Below, in pieces: positions 34,336 to 43,585 of a DNA stretch of 64,000 nt (positions are counted from its first letter, which is position 1; each line of letters opens with the position of its first letter). Source of the DNA: a virus. The position numbers were made by a program, and so were the translations under genes. The notes beneath the pieces were generated by a model. That model was not told the DNA's origin. It worked only from the letters and a program-made list of their open reading frames with translations, and did no database searches. The stretch is taken from IMG/VR virus record IMGVR_UViG_3300020182_000007. One strand, 5' to 3'.

Positions 34336-36354
34336 TTACCTAGGGTTGCTATATTGTCTTAGTCTAATCGATGGTATTGCATTATCTACTAATATTGCTA
34401 GTTCCGCATCTCTGACAACATATTGCTGAAGAACATTCATATGTTGTTCTTGCTCAATTACCTTTGTAAATACTCTTATGTTTGTCATATTAGTCGGAGA
34501 AGAAGAAAGGCTCCATCCCTTCCCAGCGTCCCATGTTGCCTTTTCAGAAAGAGTATCTACATGTTCCGCAAATTTTGCAAATGTTCCAGTTTTTTGATGA
34601 GGCAGTGTTTTATTTGAATCTGGATCCAATCTATAAATATGTGCTCCTATTTCAGAGTTCCATGATGTTCCGCTAGTTCCGCTAGTTCCGCTAGTTCCAT
34701 AAATATCTGATCCTTCGATTGAATTATTAACATTAACAACAATACCGTACCATACGTTATTTTCTAGACTACTTGGAAGATTCTTTACAGAATCATTTCC
34801 ATTTATTGTTATTTTTAATTGAGTTTTACTGATTGAAACAGATAATCCTACATTAAGATCACTTTCTGATCTTCCATCAATTATAACATGATCTTCGTTA
34901 TCATTAGCCTTAAATTGAGGCCTTACCCAAGCAGTAATCGCTAAATTACCAACCGATGTTAATATTGATCTCCTGTTATATGTTAACGCGAATCTCTCTC
35001 CAGGAGGAACATTATTTAGTAGATAGTTATTTTTAGAAATTAGAGTCCATCTATTTTTAATCTCAATATCTTGTATTACTAAAGCAGAATGCTTACTATA
35101 CCTAACATCATCTTCGAGCTCTTGGTATACTGTTTTATATTGTTGAGGTTTTGTAACTTTTTCGAACTCTTGTTGTATTTCTTCTCCGAATACTTCATCG
35201 ATTCCAGTTATTAAAGAATCAACTTCTTGTTCTATTAACGTATCATTATGAATTGAACTTGTCCTGTTTTCGAATTTTCTAAGCTGTACTCTCCAATATG
35301 TCGTTGATAAATTAAATTCATCGGCTAAAGAAACACTGCTTATCTCATACATTCTATTGATTAAGGGGAAGTACAGATAATCTCTAGTTCTAGGTTCTTT
35401 CTTTAATCCAAATAGATTAGTAAATGCTTCGCCTGATACGTGAATTTCAAACTCCTCAAAATCCATTCCAAAAATGTCAAAGTTAAACTCTCTAGTTGGA
35501 AATTCATTGTCAGGTACTAGTACCTTTAATGTTCCTTCTTCTACAACGTTGTATAGAGAATATTCCATTAAAATAACATCTTTTGTTCTTTGATCTGGTT
35601 CTACTCTAAAATATTTTACATCATGGCCCCACATTTCATTACTAAGGCTACTTAATTGTCTATATATTGCAGAAGGCTTCTTAAGAGCATATGGGTTATA
35701 CATTCCGTCACCACAGTCAATTATTATGTTTGAGCATCCGTCCATCGCAAACGGATCGGTACAATCATCACACCATATTGGGCAGCTTTCAATAATACCG
35801 TCTGCTGTTTCTAATTCAAATGTAATACTTAGTAATGATATACTATGCTCTGCTGAAATTCTCTCAGACTCTAGTCTAATGTCTATCCAAAGAGGAAGCG
35901 TATTATCAAATGTTCTTGCTAGTAAATCCGTAGAATTTGTTGATTTATTTAATTCTCTAAATTCGCTAAACTGTCCTCCATCTATAGATTTGCTCTGTGA
36001 CCATCTATATTGATGTGTAAAGTAGTTGTTAGAATCAGTATCTAAATAAAAATTAAATGTTCCAGTAACTGGTGAAGGTTCTGTTATTGTAAATTCTGTT
36101 TTTGTGATTATTTGATCTACTGTAAATTTTATATTTCCAATAATAAATATACTACCGCTAGATAGGTTTAGATTAGTCCCAATTCCAACTACTGTTTTAC
36201 TATCAGAAGTTAAACTCAACTTACCAATGGTATTTGAATTACTCACTCCAGAAACAATAGTCCAATCGTTAATTGAAATTACATTTGAATAGGAATCCTT
36301 TAGCTTTGCTATAAAAGATTCTCCAATGTTTGATACTTTATAGTTATTTGCCAT
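34336..36354 (-). CDS. neck/head-completion protein (gp14-like) with added N-terminal and LamG-like C-terminal domains
   Basis: FDIFGMDFEEFEIHV and PRTRDYLYFPLINRMYEI core; C-terminal AITAWVRP...WYGIVVN...NIRVF. Confidence 0.6.
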   Translation of the reverse strand: MANNYKVSNIGESFIAKLKDSYSNVISINDWTIVSGVSNSNTIGKLSLTSDSKTVVGIGTNLNLSSGSIFIIGNIKFTVDQIITKTEFTITEPSPVTGTFNFYLDTDSNNYFTHQYRWSQSKSIDGGQFSEFRELNKSTNSTDLLARTFDNTLPLWIDIRLESERISAEHSISLLSITFELETADGIIESCPIWCDDCTDPFAMDGCSNIIIDCGDGMYNPYALKKPSAIYRQLSSLSNEMWGHDVKYFRVEPDQRTKDVILMEYSLYNVVEEGTLKVLVPDNEFPTREFNFDIFGMDFEEFEIHVSGEAFTNLFGLKKEPRTRDYLYFPLINRMYEISSVSLADEFNLSTTYWRVQLRKFENRTSSIHNDTLIEQEVDSLITGIDEVFGEEIQQEFEKVTKPQQYKTVYQELEDDVRYSKHSALVIQDIEIKNRWTLISKNNYLLNNVPPGERFALTYNRRSILTSVGNLAITAWVRPQFKANDNEDHVIIDGRSESDLNVGLSVSISKTQLKITINGNDSVKNLPSSLENNVWYGIVVNVNNSIEGSDIYGTSGTSGTSGTSWNSEIGAHIYRLDPDSNKTLPHQKTGTFAKFAEHVDTLSEKATWDAGKGWSLSSSPTNMTNIRVFTKVIEQEQHMNVLQQYVVRDAELAILVDNAIPSIRLRQYSNPR
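34667..34698. repeat. 9-bp tandem repeat encoding GTSGTSGTS
   Basis: (gttccgcta)x3 plus gttcc. Confidence 0.9.
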
Positions 36355-36743
36355 TATTCTTTTCCAATCCTATCTTGTGGTGTAAATACTTCTCCAGCGA
36401 TCCAACTAGCTACGAAACCAGTAAGAGATACAAAGTATACTGCTAGATCATTTAAATTAGAGTTAAACCAAATCGCGAATCCACCTGCAATTGCCCATAT
36501 ACAAACAATAGAATATATCATTGCTTCTCTACGAGAATTTGGACCCCTTTTAAGGATTCCACTTTTAATTGAAGGTCTTTTTGATTCAGCCCAAACATAT
36601 GTCGCAACGTACGCAGTTAAAGATCCGAAATACACAGCTAAATCTTTTAAGTCAGCCTGCTTAAGTGCACCTAGAATACCCATAATTATCCATAGAACAA
36701 CTGTTAAATATACTAGTCCCTCTCTTTTTCCAATTTCTAACAT
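36354..36743 (-). CDS. 4-TM membrane protein with internal duplication (holin candidate)
   Basis: Two similar halves (DLAVYFGSLT / DLAVYFVSLT); late promoter at 36765-36772. Confidence 0.6.
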   Translation of the reverse strand: MLEIGKREGLVYLTVVLWIIMGILGALKQADLKDLAVYFGSLTAYVATYVWAESKRPSIKSGILKRGPNSRREAMIYSIVCIWAIAGGFAIWFNSNLNDLAVYFVSLTGFVASWIAGEVFTPQDRIGKE

Positions 36744-36763
36744 GCTAATAAAGATATTTTTCT

Positions 36764-37411
36764 TTATATATCTTCAAAATCTGTAATTACTAAAACTTCT
36801 GGGTTATCTGATTCGTAATCTTCTAATTGATTGATAATTGTTGATATCGCAAATGATACCTCGCTCGTGTTATTAAAGCTCAAATAGTGGTCTAATCTAT
36901 TTAGCATTTCTGCTAATTTAATAGTATCATAATTATCTCCTGTATTTAAAATTCTAGATTTATATAGTATTTCATTTACAAGTGGTAGTTCATGTCTATT
37001 GAAATGATCAAACGTTCTAAAAGTTCCTCTGATTGGTCTAAGAGAAAACTTAATAGTCTTTACTTCATCTGTAGTTACAATTCTAGTATAGCTTGCATTT
37101 TTATTTAGATTACATTTAATCCACATTAAAGATTCCATTTCTTCTAACATTTTCCAGATAAAGTATACTGAAGTTGCTTCTTTATAAACTACAGATCCTT
37201 CTAGTGAATTAAATTTATTAATTTCAGATCTAAAGTTATTTAGTATTATATGTTTTAATCCTTCGGCGCCGACAAGCACTGAATCTTTGTCTATTTTTCG
37301 ATGTCCGTTGTCTTTTTTAATTAAACTCCACAATTTAGAATCTACCATATTATACTTGTACAATATAATATCGACAATCTCTATAAATTTATTTCTATTT
37401 TGAGTAAACAT
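36764..37411 (-). CDS. hypothetical protein
   Basis: 215-aa ORF. Confidence 0.8.
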   Translation of the reverse strand: MFTQNRNKFIEIVDIILYKYNMVDSKLWSLIKKDNGHRKIDKDSVLVGAEGLKHIILNNFRSEINKFNSLEGSVVYKEATSVYFIWKMLEEMESLMWIKCNLNKNASYTRIVTTDEVKTIKFSLRPIRGTFRTFDHFNRHELPLVNEILYKSRILNTGDNYDTIKLAEMLNRLDHYLSFNNTSEVSFAISTIINQLEDYESDNPEVLVITDFEDI

Positions 37412-37823
37412 CCATCTGTTTTTCTATTTTTTGTAATTCCGAATATAATTGATCTTTTGCAAATATTTTTACCTCTTCAAATTCTCTGATTCCTATTTCA
37501 TTCTTTTCCATGTATAGTTGAACTACTGCTGGATCTGGTATGTACTTATCTTTAATATTTTTTTCGCTCTTTTTAGTTCTAGTGTAAATCCAAGGCGGAA
37601 CGCTTTTAAATCTAGAAGCAACCATTGACCAACTCTCTACTACATTTGCTCCATCAATTCCATTAACATTAAACATTTGAGCATTTGCTGGATATTTAAT
37701 CGAAAAAAATCGATTAATCATAAAGTGATGTCTTTTTTTATTAACTTGTTTTATTTTTGAATACTCATTCTTCTTAGTAAACATTATTTTTATAAAGTCA
37801 AAAAGCTTTGTTTCGTCTAGCAT
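37395..37823 (-). CDS. gp62: clamp loader small subunit (gp62-like)
   Basis: LFDFIK...FMINRFFS...AQMFN and WI...K.K pattern; near gp44. Confidence 0.6.
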   Translation of the reverse strand: MLDETKLFDFIKIMFTKKNEYSKIKQVNKKRHHFMINRFFSIKYPANAQMFNVNGIDGANVVESWSMVASRFKSVPPWIYTRTKKSEKNIKDKYIPDPAVVQLYMEKNEIGIREFEEVKIFAKDQLYSELQKIEKQMDVYSK

Positions 37824-37827
37824 ATAA

Positions 37828-37989
37828 TTAGTTTGTCAATTTGTTAAAGGCTTTTTCATATACAGATACTCTGTCGGCGTATTTATTAGATTCTATGTAA
37901 TTCTTTGCTAGTGAAATTACTTCAGATCTAATTCCGAGTTTACTTGCTTTATATAGAATTTCTTCTATTTGTTTTTCTGAAGTTGACAT
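37828..37989 (-). CDS. small helical protein, 53 aa, paralogue of the next ORF
   Basis: Manual translation MSTSEKQIEEILYKASKLGIRSEVISLAKNYIESNKYADRVSVYEKAFNKLTN. Confidence 0.65.
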   Translation of the reverse strand: MSTSEKQIEEILYKASKLGIRSEVISLAKNYIESNKYADRVSVYEKAFNKLTN

Positions 37990-37990
37990 G

Positions 37991-38173
37991 TTAGTTTATA
38001 AGTTGGTGAAACGCTTTGTGATATGCATTAAGCAACGTAAATTCTTTATCGTCCTTTCTGGATTCCCATATTTCTTCAGCTAATATTACAAGTTCCTGCG
38101 ATATACCATATGCTCTCGCCTCTTCTCTAATCTCTTCTATAATTATCTGTTCCGAAAGAGTTGGTAGTTTCAT
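37991..38173 (-). CDS. small helical protein, 60 aa
   Basis: ORF; shares the IEEI...A..GI...LA...Y.KAF..L.N pattern with its neighbour. Confidence 0.7.
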   Translation of the reverse strand: MKLPTLSEQIIIEEIREEARAYGISQELVILAEEIWESRKDDKEFTLLNAYHKAFHQLIN

Positions 38174-39435
38174 TAAAATAGGTTATTTAAGTTTTTAGTT
38201 AAAGTTTTGTCTTTTGTTTCATTCTTTTTGCCAACTAATTTCATTGGCTTTTTAGTTTCGGGAATATCCATACCAGAGAATGGATCCATTCCTGCAGGGT
38301 TATTAGATCCTTCTAACCATCCGGTTCCTTCTAAAATAGTGTCTTTATTAAATAAGATGCTTATGTTTTCAACAGCTCCTTCCCATTCAGAATCAATCTC
38401 TTTGTAGATGGCCTTCTGTATTGAATCCGGTATAATCTCGTTATGCAAAACCATTAATGATATATTATTATTAAGAGCCGCTTTGATTATATTAGGTGTA
38501 CTCTTACCAATAACCCTGTGAATGATATCAGATACAATTTGCTTTTGAGAATCTTTAAATAAGTATTCAATTGAAAAGGTGTCAAATTCTTTAACATATT
38601 GATCCCATATTTTGTGAGCCATTTTGTCAGTAATAGAATAGTTTCTTAATTTACCGTCTTTCATTTCTTTTTGCCAAGTAACTACTGATGGTATATTATC
38701 GCTACTGTCTCCAACTAGAACTTTTTTAAAGATGAACTCATCACAATCAACTTCTGTAATTTCAATTTTATTTTTTTGAATCCATTCTAGAACCTGATGT
38801 TGATAGTCATCTCGTTTTAAATGAGATCCTCCCATGTTAAATAACATATCATCGTCTGTTAGTTTAGAAGATTCAGTGTTTTCCATATCCTGCTTAAATC
38901 CTTGATATGTATATAAAGACTTTCTAGAATTATAGAACCAAAGAGTATGAGCATCGTTTGCTTTAGAATGATTTACTAATTGAATTAAATCTCTATCACC
39001 TGACCAAACAATACATGATTTACCTCTGTCATTTAGTGCAACTGACCAACCAAAAATAACATCATCTGCTTCTGCGCCCTGTGTTTGCTGTACTGTAACT
39101 CCACGCGACTTAAGTATTTTTTGCCATTTTTCATAAACATCATATACATTAGACCATTCTACTTCTGTGCTTTGCTTTCTAGTGCCTTTATAATCTGCTG
39201 CTGGAAAAAGATCCTTTCGCCATGATTTTGAATCAACTGTCAGTACGACGTCATCTACAAATCCTTGTAGTTTTCGCATTTCAGATGCAAAGTCAAGCGA
39301 TAGTTTACGCATAAATTGCGCCTTTTGAGTATCATCTCCTAGAAGTTTGCCAGTGTTAGGCCTAGGCATAACAAATAATCTACTAAAAATAAAGTAATTG
39401 CCGTCTATTAATAATGTATGTCTTCCCACTTTCAT
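38173..39435 (-). CDS. rnh: 5'-3' exonuclease / RNase H (T4 rnh, FEN-like)
   Basis: LLIDGN, SWRKDL, YKGTR, EADDVI, SGDRDLIQL and GDSSDNIP. Confidence 0.9.
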   Translation of the reverse strand: MKVGRHTLLIDGNYFIFSRLFVMPRPNTGKLLGDDTQKAQFMRKLSLDFASEMRKLQGFVDDVVLTVDSKSWRKDLFPAADYKGTRKQSTEVEWSNVYDVYEKWQKILKSRGVTVQQTQGAEADDVIFGWSVALNDRGKSCIVWSGDRDLIQLVNHSKANDAHTLWFYNSRKSLYTYQGFKQDMENTESSKLTDDDMLFNMGGSHLKRDDYQHQVLEWIQKNKIEITEVDCDEFIFKKVLVGDSSDNIPSVVTWQKEMKDGKLRNYSITDKMAHKIWDQYVKEFDTFSIEYLFKDSQKQIVSDIIHRVIGKSTPNIIKAALNNNISLMVLHNEIIPDSIQKAIYKEIDSEWEGAVENISILFNKDTILEGTGWLEGSNNPAGMDPFSGMDIPETKKPMKLVGKKNETKDKTLTKNLNNLF

Positions 39436-39447
39436 GTTTTTTATTTT

Positions 39448-39499
39448 ACTATTTAAATATAATCATTTTTGTTGACATAAAAAAATCTGGTGTGATTTA
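39448..39499 (-). promoter_or_regulatory. early-promoter variant
   Basis: GATTATATTTAAATAG core plus upstream CCAGATTTTTTTATGTC shared with 6531-6585. Confidence 0.65.
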
Positions 39500-39501
39500 T
39501 T

Positions 39502-40461
39502 TTATGAATTAACTATTGTTTGTAATGAATATACACAACTTAACATTGTTATGACAGGATCGATCACATGTATTCTTTGTGATTGATGATGTGCAACTGC
39601 TACTATAATTTGAGGTATGTGCTTAACACTTTGTTGTTTTTCTTGTTGTATGTATTCAATAAATTCAGATCCTAATGCTGCAAGAACCTCATCTACTCTA
39701 TTAGAATAGCCGCTTACTAGTGTTTTATAGTTTACTGCAGGATCTGTTTGATTGAATACTAGTGCAAAGACATCTTTAAATACTGAGTTAAATCGCTTTA
39801 CGTCGTTTATTGTAATATTGTGAGTTCCTTGTGTTTTGAATCCCTGTAACTTATTAAGAGTATTTCTAAGATCTGGAAAGTTACGACGAACAAATTCGAC
39901 AAGTGCGTCCTTTTCAATACTTAGCTCTTCATTTTTACAAATCTGATAAACTCTCTTTATGTATTTTTTAGTTAATTCAGATTCTTCTTCCTTATCAAAA
40001 TCAAAGTTAATTACTTCAAATCTAGAAAGTATTGGGTCTGGTAATTTATTAATGTAATTACACGTTGCAATAAATCTACTATTCGATGCAAAGGTTTCCA
40101 TAGTTGCACGAAGCGCCTTAAAGAATTGATCAGATACACCATCTAGCTCGTCGAGGATTACAACTTTAAACATTCCAGGCTTATCCATAATAGATACAGT
40201 AGAGCAAAAATCAGTAATTCTTGTTCTAATAACATCTACAGAAGTATCGGTAGATGCGTTAATATACAGGTATGGTAATTCAAATTGATTAACTATTGCC
40301 TTTGCCGTTGAAGTTTTACCAGTACCTGGACTTCCTGAAAAAAGCATGTTCTGTACAAGACCATCCTTAAATTTACCCATGACTCTGTCAGGTAAGATTA
40401 ACTCTTCTAAATTCTTAGGACGATACTTCTCAGTGAACAGCTGGTGTATTGAATTCATCAT
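39502..40461 (-). CDS. gp44: clamp loader large subunit (gp44/RFC AAA+)
   Basis: EKYRP, GSPGTGKT, ILDELD, FIATCN, ILSRF and FPDLR. Confidence 0.95.
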   Translation of the reverse strand: MMNSIHQLFTEKYRPKNLEELILPDRVMGKFKDGLVQNMLFSGSPGTGKTSTAKAIVNQFELPYLYINASTDTSVDVIRTRITDFCSTVSIMDKPGMFKVVILDELDGVSDQFFKALRATMETFASNSRFIATCNYINKLPDPILSRFEVINFDFDKEEESELTKKYIKRVYQICKNEELSIEKDALVEFVRRNFPDLRNTLNKLQGFKTQGTHNITINDVKRFNSVFKDVFALVFNQTDPAVNYKTLVSGYSNRVDEVLAALGSEFIEYIQQEKQQSVKHIPQIIVAVAHHQSQRIHVIDPVITMLSCVYSLQTIVNS

Positions 40462-40479
40462 ATATTTTTCGTTTAGTAA

Positions 40480-40507
40480 TTATATTCGCAAATGCTCACT
40501 TTGTTTC
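40480..40507 (-). promoter_or_regulatory. putative middle promoter GAAAC-N17-ATATAA (gp44)
   Basis: Motif match with a 17-nt spacer. Confidence 0.55.
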
Positions 40508-40523
40508 TTAAATAAATAATAAT

Positions 40524-41033
40524 ATGGCAATAAGTTACTCTAAAATAATTATTAAGAGATCGGACAGTACTAGGTCTGCGACTAGATTTGGAATAATCCT
40601 AGAATACTTGCCAAAATCATTTAGACAGTTTTTAATTAAGAATAGACATATTGGCAGATGGGCAAAAAGCGATCAATTTATTAAATGTGCTCTTAAATTA
40701 CAAAAACCACCCGTAAAGAATTCAAGTTCATTAAAACTGTACTGGGATTGGGAAAGTGAGGTAGTAGTTAATAAGCAAACTCTACATGATAACTATAATA
40801 ATATTGATTGGATATGCGCGCTATCTAAAAAACCAATTAGGGCTAAGTTCATGAACTTTGATCTAGAAAACTTTATTCATGAAGAGTATTATGACGTTTT
40901 AAAGGCTCCAATGGTAGATAGTAGAATTCTTAAAAGTTCAATTGAGTTTCGCAAGAAATGTAAAAAACTCCTACTCGATGGACGAGAGGAGTTTCTTAAG
41001 CTTGCTAAAAAGAACGCTAAACGCTCTCTTTAA
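40524..41033 (+). CDS. hypothetical protein (only credible plus-strand gene)
   Basis: 169-aa ORF fills a gap with no minus-strand ORF; AT-rich leader before the ATG. Confidence 0.75.
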   Translation: MAISYSKIIIKRSDSTRSATRFGIILEYLPKSFRQFLIKNRHIGRWAKSDQFIKCALKLQKPPVKNSSSLKLYWDWESEVVVNKQTLHDNYNNIDWICALSKKPIRAKFMNFDLENFIHEEYYDVLKAPMVDSRILKSSIEFRKKCKKLLLDGREEFLKLAKKNAKRSL

Positions 41034-41035
41034 TA

Positions 41036-42784
41036 TTATTTCATTAGTCTTTTAAATTTTTGTGCTACTGATTCGTTAACATATACTGAATCATTTATAC
41101 CTGAGGTTCCTTTGTCTTTACCTGAAGTTCCTTTGTCTTTACCTGAAGTTCCTTTGTCTTTACCTGAAGTTCCTTTGTCCTTGCCGCTAGTTCCTTTGTC
41201 TTTACCTGAAGTTCCTTCGTCCTTGCCGCTAGTTCCTTTGTCCTTGCCGCTAGTTCCTTTGTCTTTACCTGAAGTTCCTTCGTCCTTGCCGCTAGTTCCT
41301 TTGTCTTTACCTGAAGTTCCTTCGTCCTTGCCGCTAGTTCCTTTGTCTTTACCTGAAGTTCCTTTGTCCTTGCCGCTAGTTCCTTTGTCTTTACCTGAAG
41401 TTCCTTCGTCCTTGCCGCTAGTTCCTTTGTCTTTACCGCTAGTTCCTTTGTCCTTTGCCGCTTCTTTTTCCTTAGCTTCTTTTTCCTTAGCTTCTTTTTC
41501 TTTCTTTAATTGATCAACAGCATCTGCTTGTTCTTCTTTATTAGGTTCCATATCCTTTAACGCACTTTCTTCATCGCGAAGTCTTGCCTTTAAGTTAGCC
41601 GCTGTTTTTTTAAGTTCGCCCTTATCTGAACCTTCTTCACCCATTGCAGTTTTAAGAACGGATAGCTCTCCTTTAATCTTTTCAGATTGTTTTGCTTTTT
41701 TAACAATATTGCCCTTATCATCCCATCTGTCATTTACAGAAGATTGTAAGTCTTTAGATTGCGCCTTCATCATGTCTACCTTCGCCTTAAGCTTATCTTT
41801 TACAGGCTTCTCAGCATCAGATGCTGCTATTGATGCTTCCATACCTGCAATTTTTAATTTTAGCTTATTAACTTTATCTTGGGCCTTTCTAGCCTTAGGT
41901 GCTCTAATCATAAAATCAATTGCACTTTTCATTGCGCCATCAGCTTCAGTAACTACTGATTCCTTTACGAAATTCTTAAGATCATCTGGATCTATAGAGT
42001 ATTCCACTTCATCCGCATCACTCCAAAGAATAACTTCATCTTTACCAATTTCGTAAATTTCGAACGATGAGTTTTTTAAGATTTCAGATCCATCAACGTC
42101 GTTAGTTTTATCATAAACATCTCCATCAAAATTATCGCTATCTTTTTTGGCTTTAATATACTGTCCTTTTTTAAATTTAGCTTCGTTAACTACTGATTCG
42201 TCTAGAGGATCTAATCCCCAGTAATTAGCCATATCATATCTTACTGGATAAATGTAATAATCTCCAACATTACCTTCAGGTGATTCAATATTTTTAGTAA
42301 GATAATAATCTGTATTTACCATTAATTCTTCAATCCCATAATCTTCAGCATCTTCTTTTGTTTCTTTCTTAAACATTTTAGCAATTTTAGCAAATCTACC
42401 AATAGCAATTATTTCTACAACGTTGTCATTATAATCGACACCAGTATCTCCAACTTTTAAATCTCCTGAAGCTTCAGTAACTACTGATTCACTAAATAAT
42501 CTATTACCAGTATTATCTTCTAAGAGAGATGAAGAAATATAAAATATAGAATTGGCAAAATCTTCAATTACTGAATCTTCTTCTGACATTTCTATATCCT
42601 CAACAATACTTGCTGATAGCTTTTTAAGGTTTAATAAAATATTGTCGACGTCTCTGATTGCTTCTTTTTTAGAATCTCCTACTTTAACCTCAGAGCTCGA
42701 TGTGTTAGAATCAGCAGAAGGTCTAGTTTGAGTTGCTTCTTGGTTTTGAAGTTCTTCGAATAGTAAAACTTTTTTAAATTTCAT
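41036..42784 (-). CDS. putative capsid-packaged polyprotein with ESVV(T/N)EA linkers and C-terminal heptapeptide repeat
   Basis: Leader KKVLLFEEL; three ESVV(T/N)EA linkers; 17x KD(K/E)GTSG; late promoter at 42820-42827. Confidence 0.75.
   Translation of the reverse strand: MKFKKVLLFEELQNQEATQTRPSADSNTSSSEVKVGDSKKEAIRDVDNILLNLKKLSASIVEDIEMSEEDSVIEDFANSIFYISSSLLEDNTGNRLFSESVVTEASGDLKVGDTGVDYNDNVVEIIAIGRFAKIAKMFKKETKEDAEDYGIEELMVNTDYYLTKNIESPEGNVGDYYIYPVRYDMANYWGLDPLDESVVNEAKFKKGQYIKAKKDSDNFDGDVYDKTNDVDGSEILKNSSFEIYEIGKDEVILWSDADEVEYSIDPDDLKNFVKESVVTEADGAMKSAIDFMIRAPKARKAQDKVNKLKLKIAGMEASIAASDAEKPVKDKLKAKVDMMKAQSKDLQSSVNDRWDDKGNIVKKAKQSEKIKGELSVLKTAMGEEGSDKGELKKTAANLKARLRDEESALKDMEPNKEEQADAVDQLKKEKEAKEKEAKEKEAAKDKGTSGKDKGTSGKDEGTSGKDKGTSGKDKGTSGKDKGTSGKDEGTSGKDKGTSGKDEGTSGKDKGTSGKDKGTSGKDEGTSGKDKGTSGKDKGTSGKDKGTSGKDKGTSGKDKGTSGINDSVYVNESVAQKFKRLMK
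41099..41455. repeat. 21-bp tandem repeat x17 encoding KD(K/E)GTSG
   Basis: Direct reading of sequence and translation. Confidence 0.95.
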
Positions 42785-42828
42785 AATCTTTTTTTTTTGT
42801 ATTTAATAATATAATAGTTTATATATCT

Positions 42829-43515
42829 TTATATATCGAACCCATATTTAGGGTGATGACAGACAACATATCCTCCTACTTCTTCACCTATTTTATTTGG
42901 ATTTATTTTGTGCTTTCTGTATAAAGCATCTGCGAATATGAAATCCTCTCCTCTTGGGCCATCTTTCCAATAAACGCCTGTTTTTTTAATATGTATCATT
43001 TGAAAGGTACTAGATATCCAATCTACTTTTACTTTTATAAAGGGTTCATTTTTTATTGTAATTTCATATAGAAACTTACCGAATTTAATATTACCGTACG
43101 AATCTCTAACGTCTGGTATAATGTACATGTTATCAAGTACTATTACCCTGTCTGATTCTTTAATTTTATTATATGCTTTTTCTAATCTATCTTCCATTAA
43201 AAAATCGTCGGTGTCTAAATATGTTATGTAATCAAACTTAGCATGATTTATTCCAATTTGTCTATATGATCCTGGGAATATACCTGATCTTATCTTAGGT
43301 TTTTTTATTAGTAATATATTTGATTGATTACTATAATGTTGATTATATAATGAATTCGTGACCTCGCATCCATCACTCACAATCACTAGCTCACTATTCT
43401 CTAACCCTATTGTCTGGTTAATGAATGAATCAACAGCTCGAAGAAACTTTTGATCAGGGTTTGTCCTAGATCCTGGATATTCTCCCAGGTATGAGATCAT
43501 TATAACACTTATCAT
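42829..43515 (-). CDS. glycosyltransferase family 2 (GT-A fold)
   Basis: ISVIM, ELVIVSDG, RQIGI, ITYLDTDD (DxD) and GEDFIF. Confidence 0.85.
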   Translation of the reverse strand: MISVIMISYLGEYPGSRTNPDQKFLRAVDSFINQTIGLENSELVIVSDGCEVTNSLYNQHYSNQSNILLIKKPKIRSGIFPGSYRQIGINHAKFDYITYLDTDDFLMEDRLEKAYNKIKESDRVIVLDNMYIIPDVRDSYGNIKFGKFLYEITIKNEPFIKVKVDWISSTFQMIHIKKTGVYWKDGPRGEDFIFADALYRKHKINPNKIGEEVGGYVVCHHPKYGFDI

Positions 43516-43529
43516 ACTGTATTTATCGC

Positions 43530-43560
43530 AAAAAGAAAGGGATCCGCTAGGATCCCTTTC
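43530..43560 (-). terminator. intrinsic terminator after MCP
   Basis: GAAAGGGATCC/GGATCCCTTTC plus U tract. Confidence 0.85.
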
Positions 43561-43585
43561 AAATATAATTACTCTAATTTTAAAA

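Noticed and set aside
41099-41455. 21-bp tandem repeat as CRISPR or DGR
   Set aside because: Units are contiguous with no spacers and are in frame within a CDS; no reverse transcriptase or template/variable repeat pair is present.
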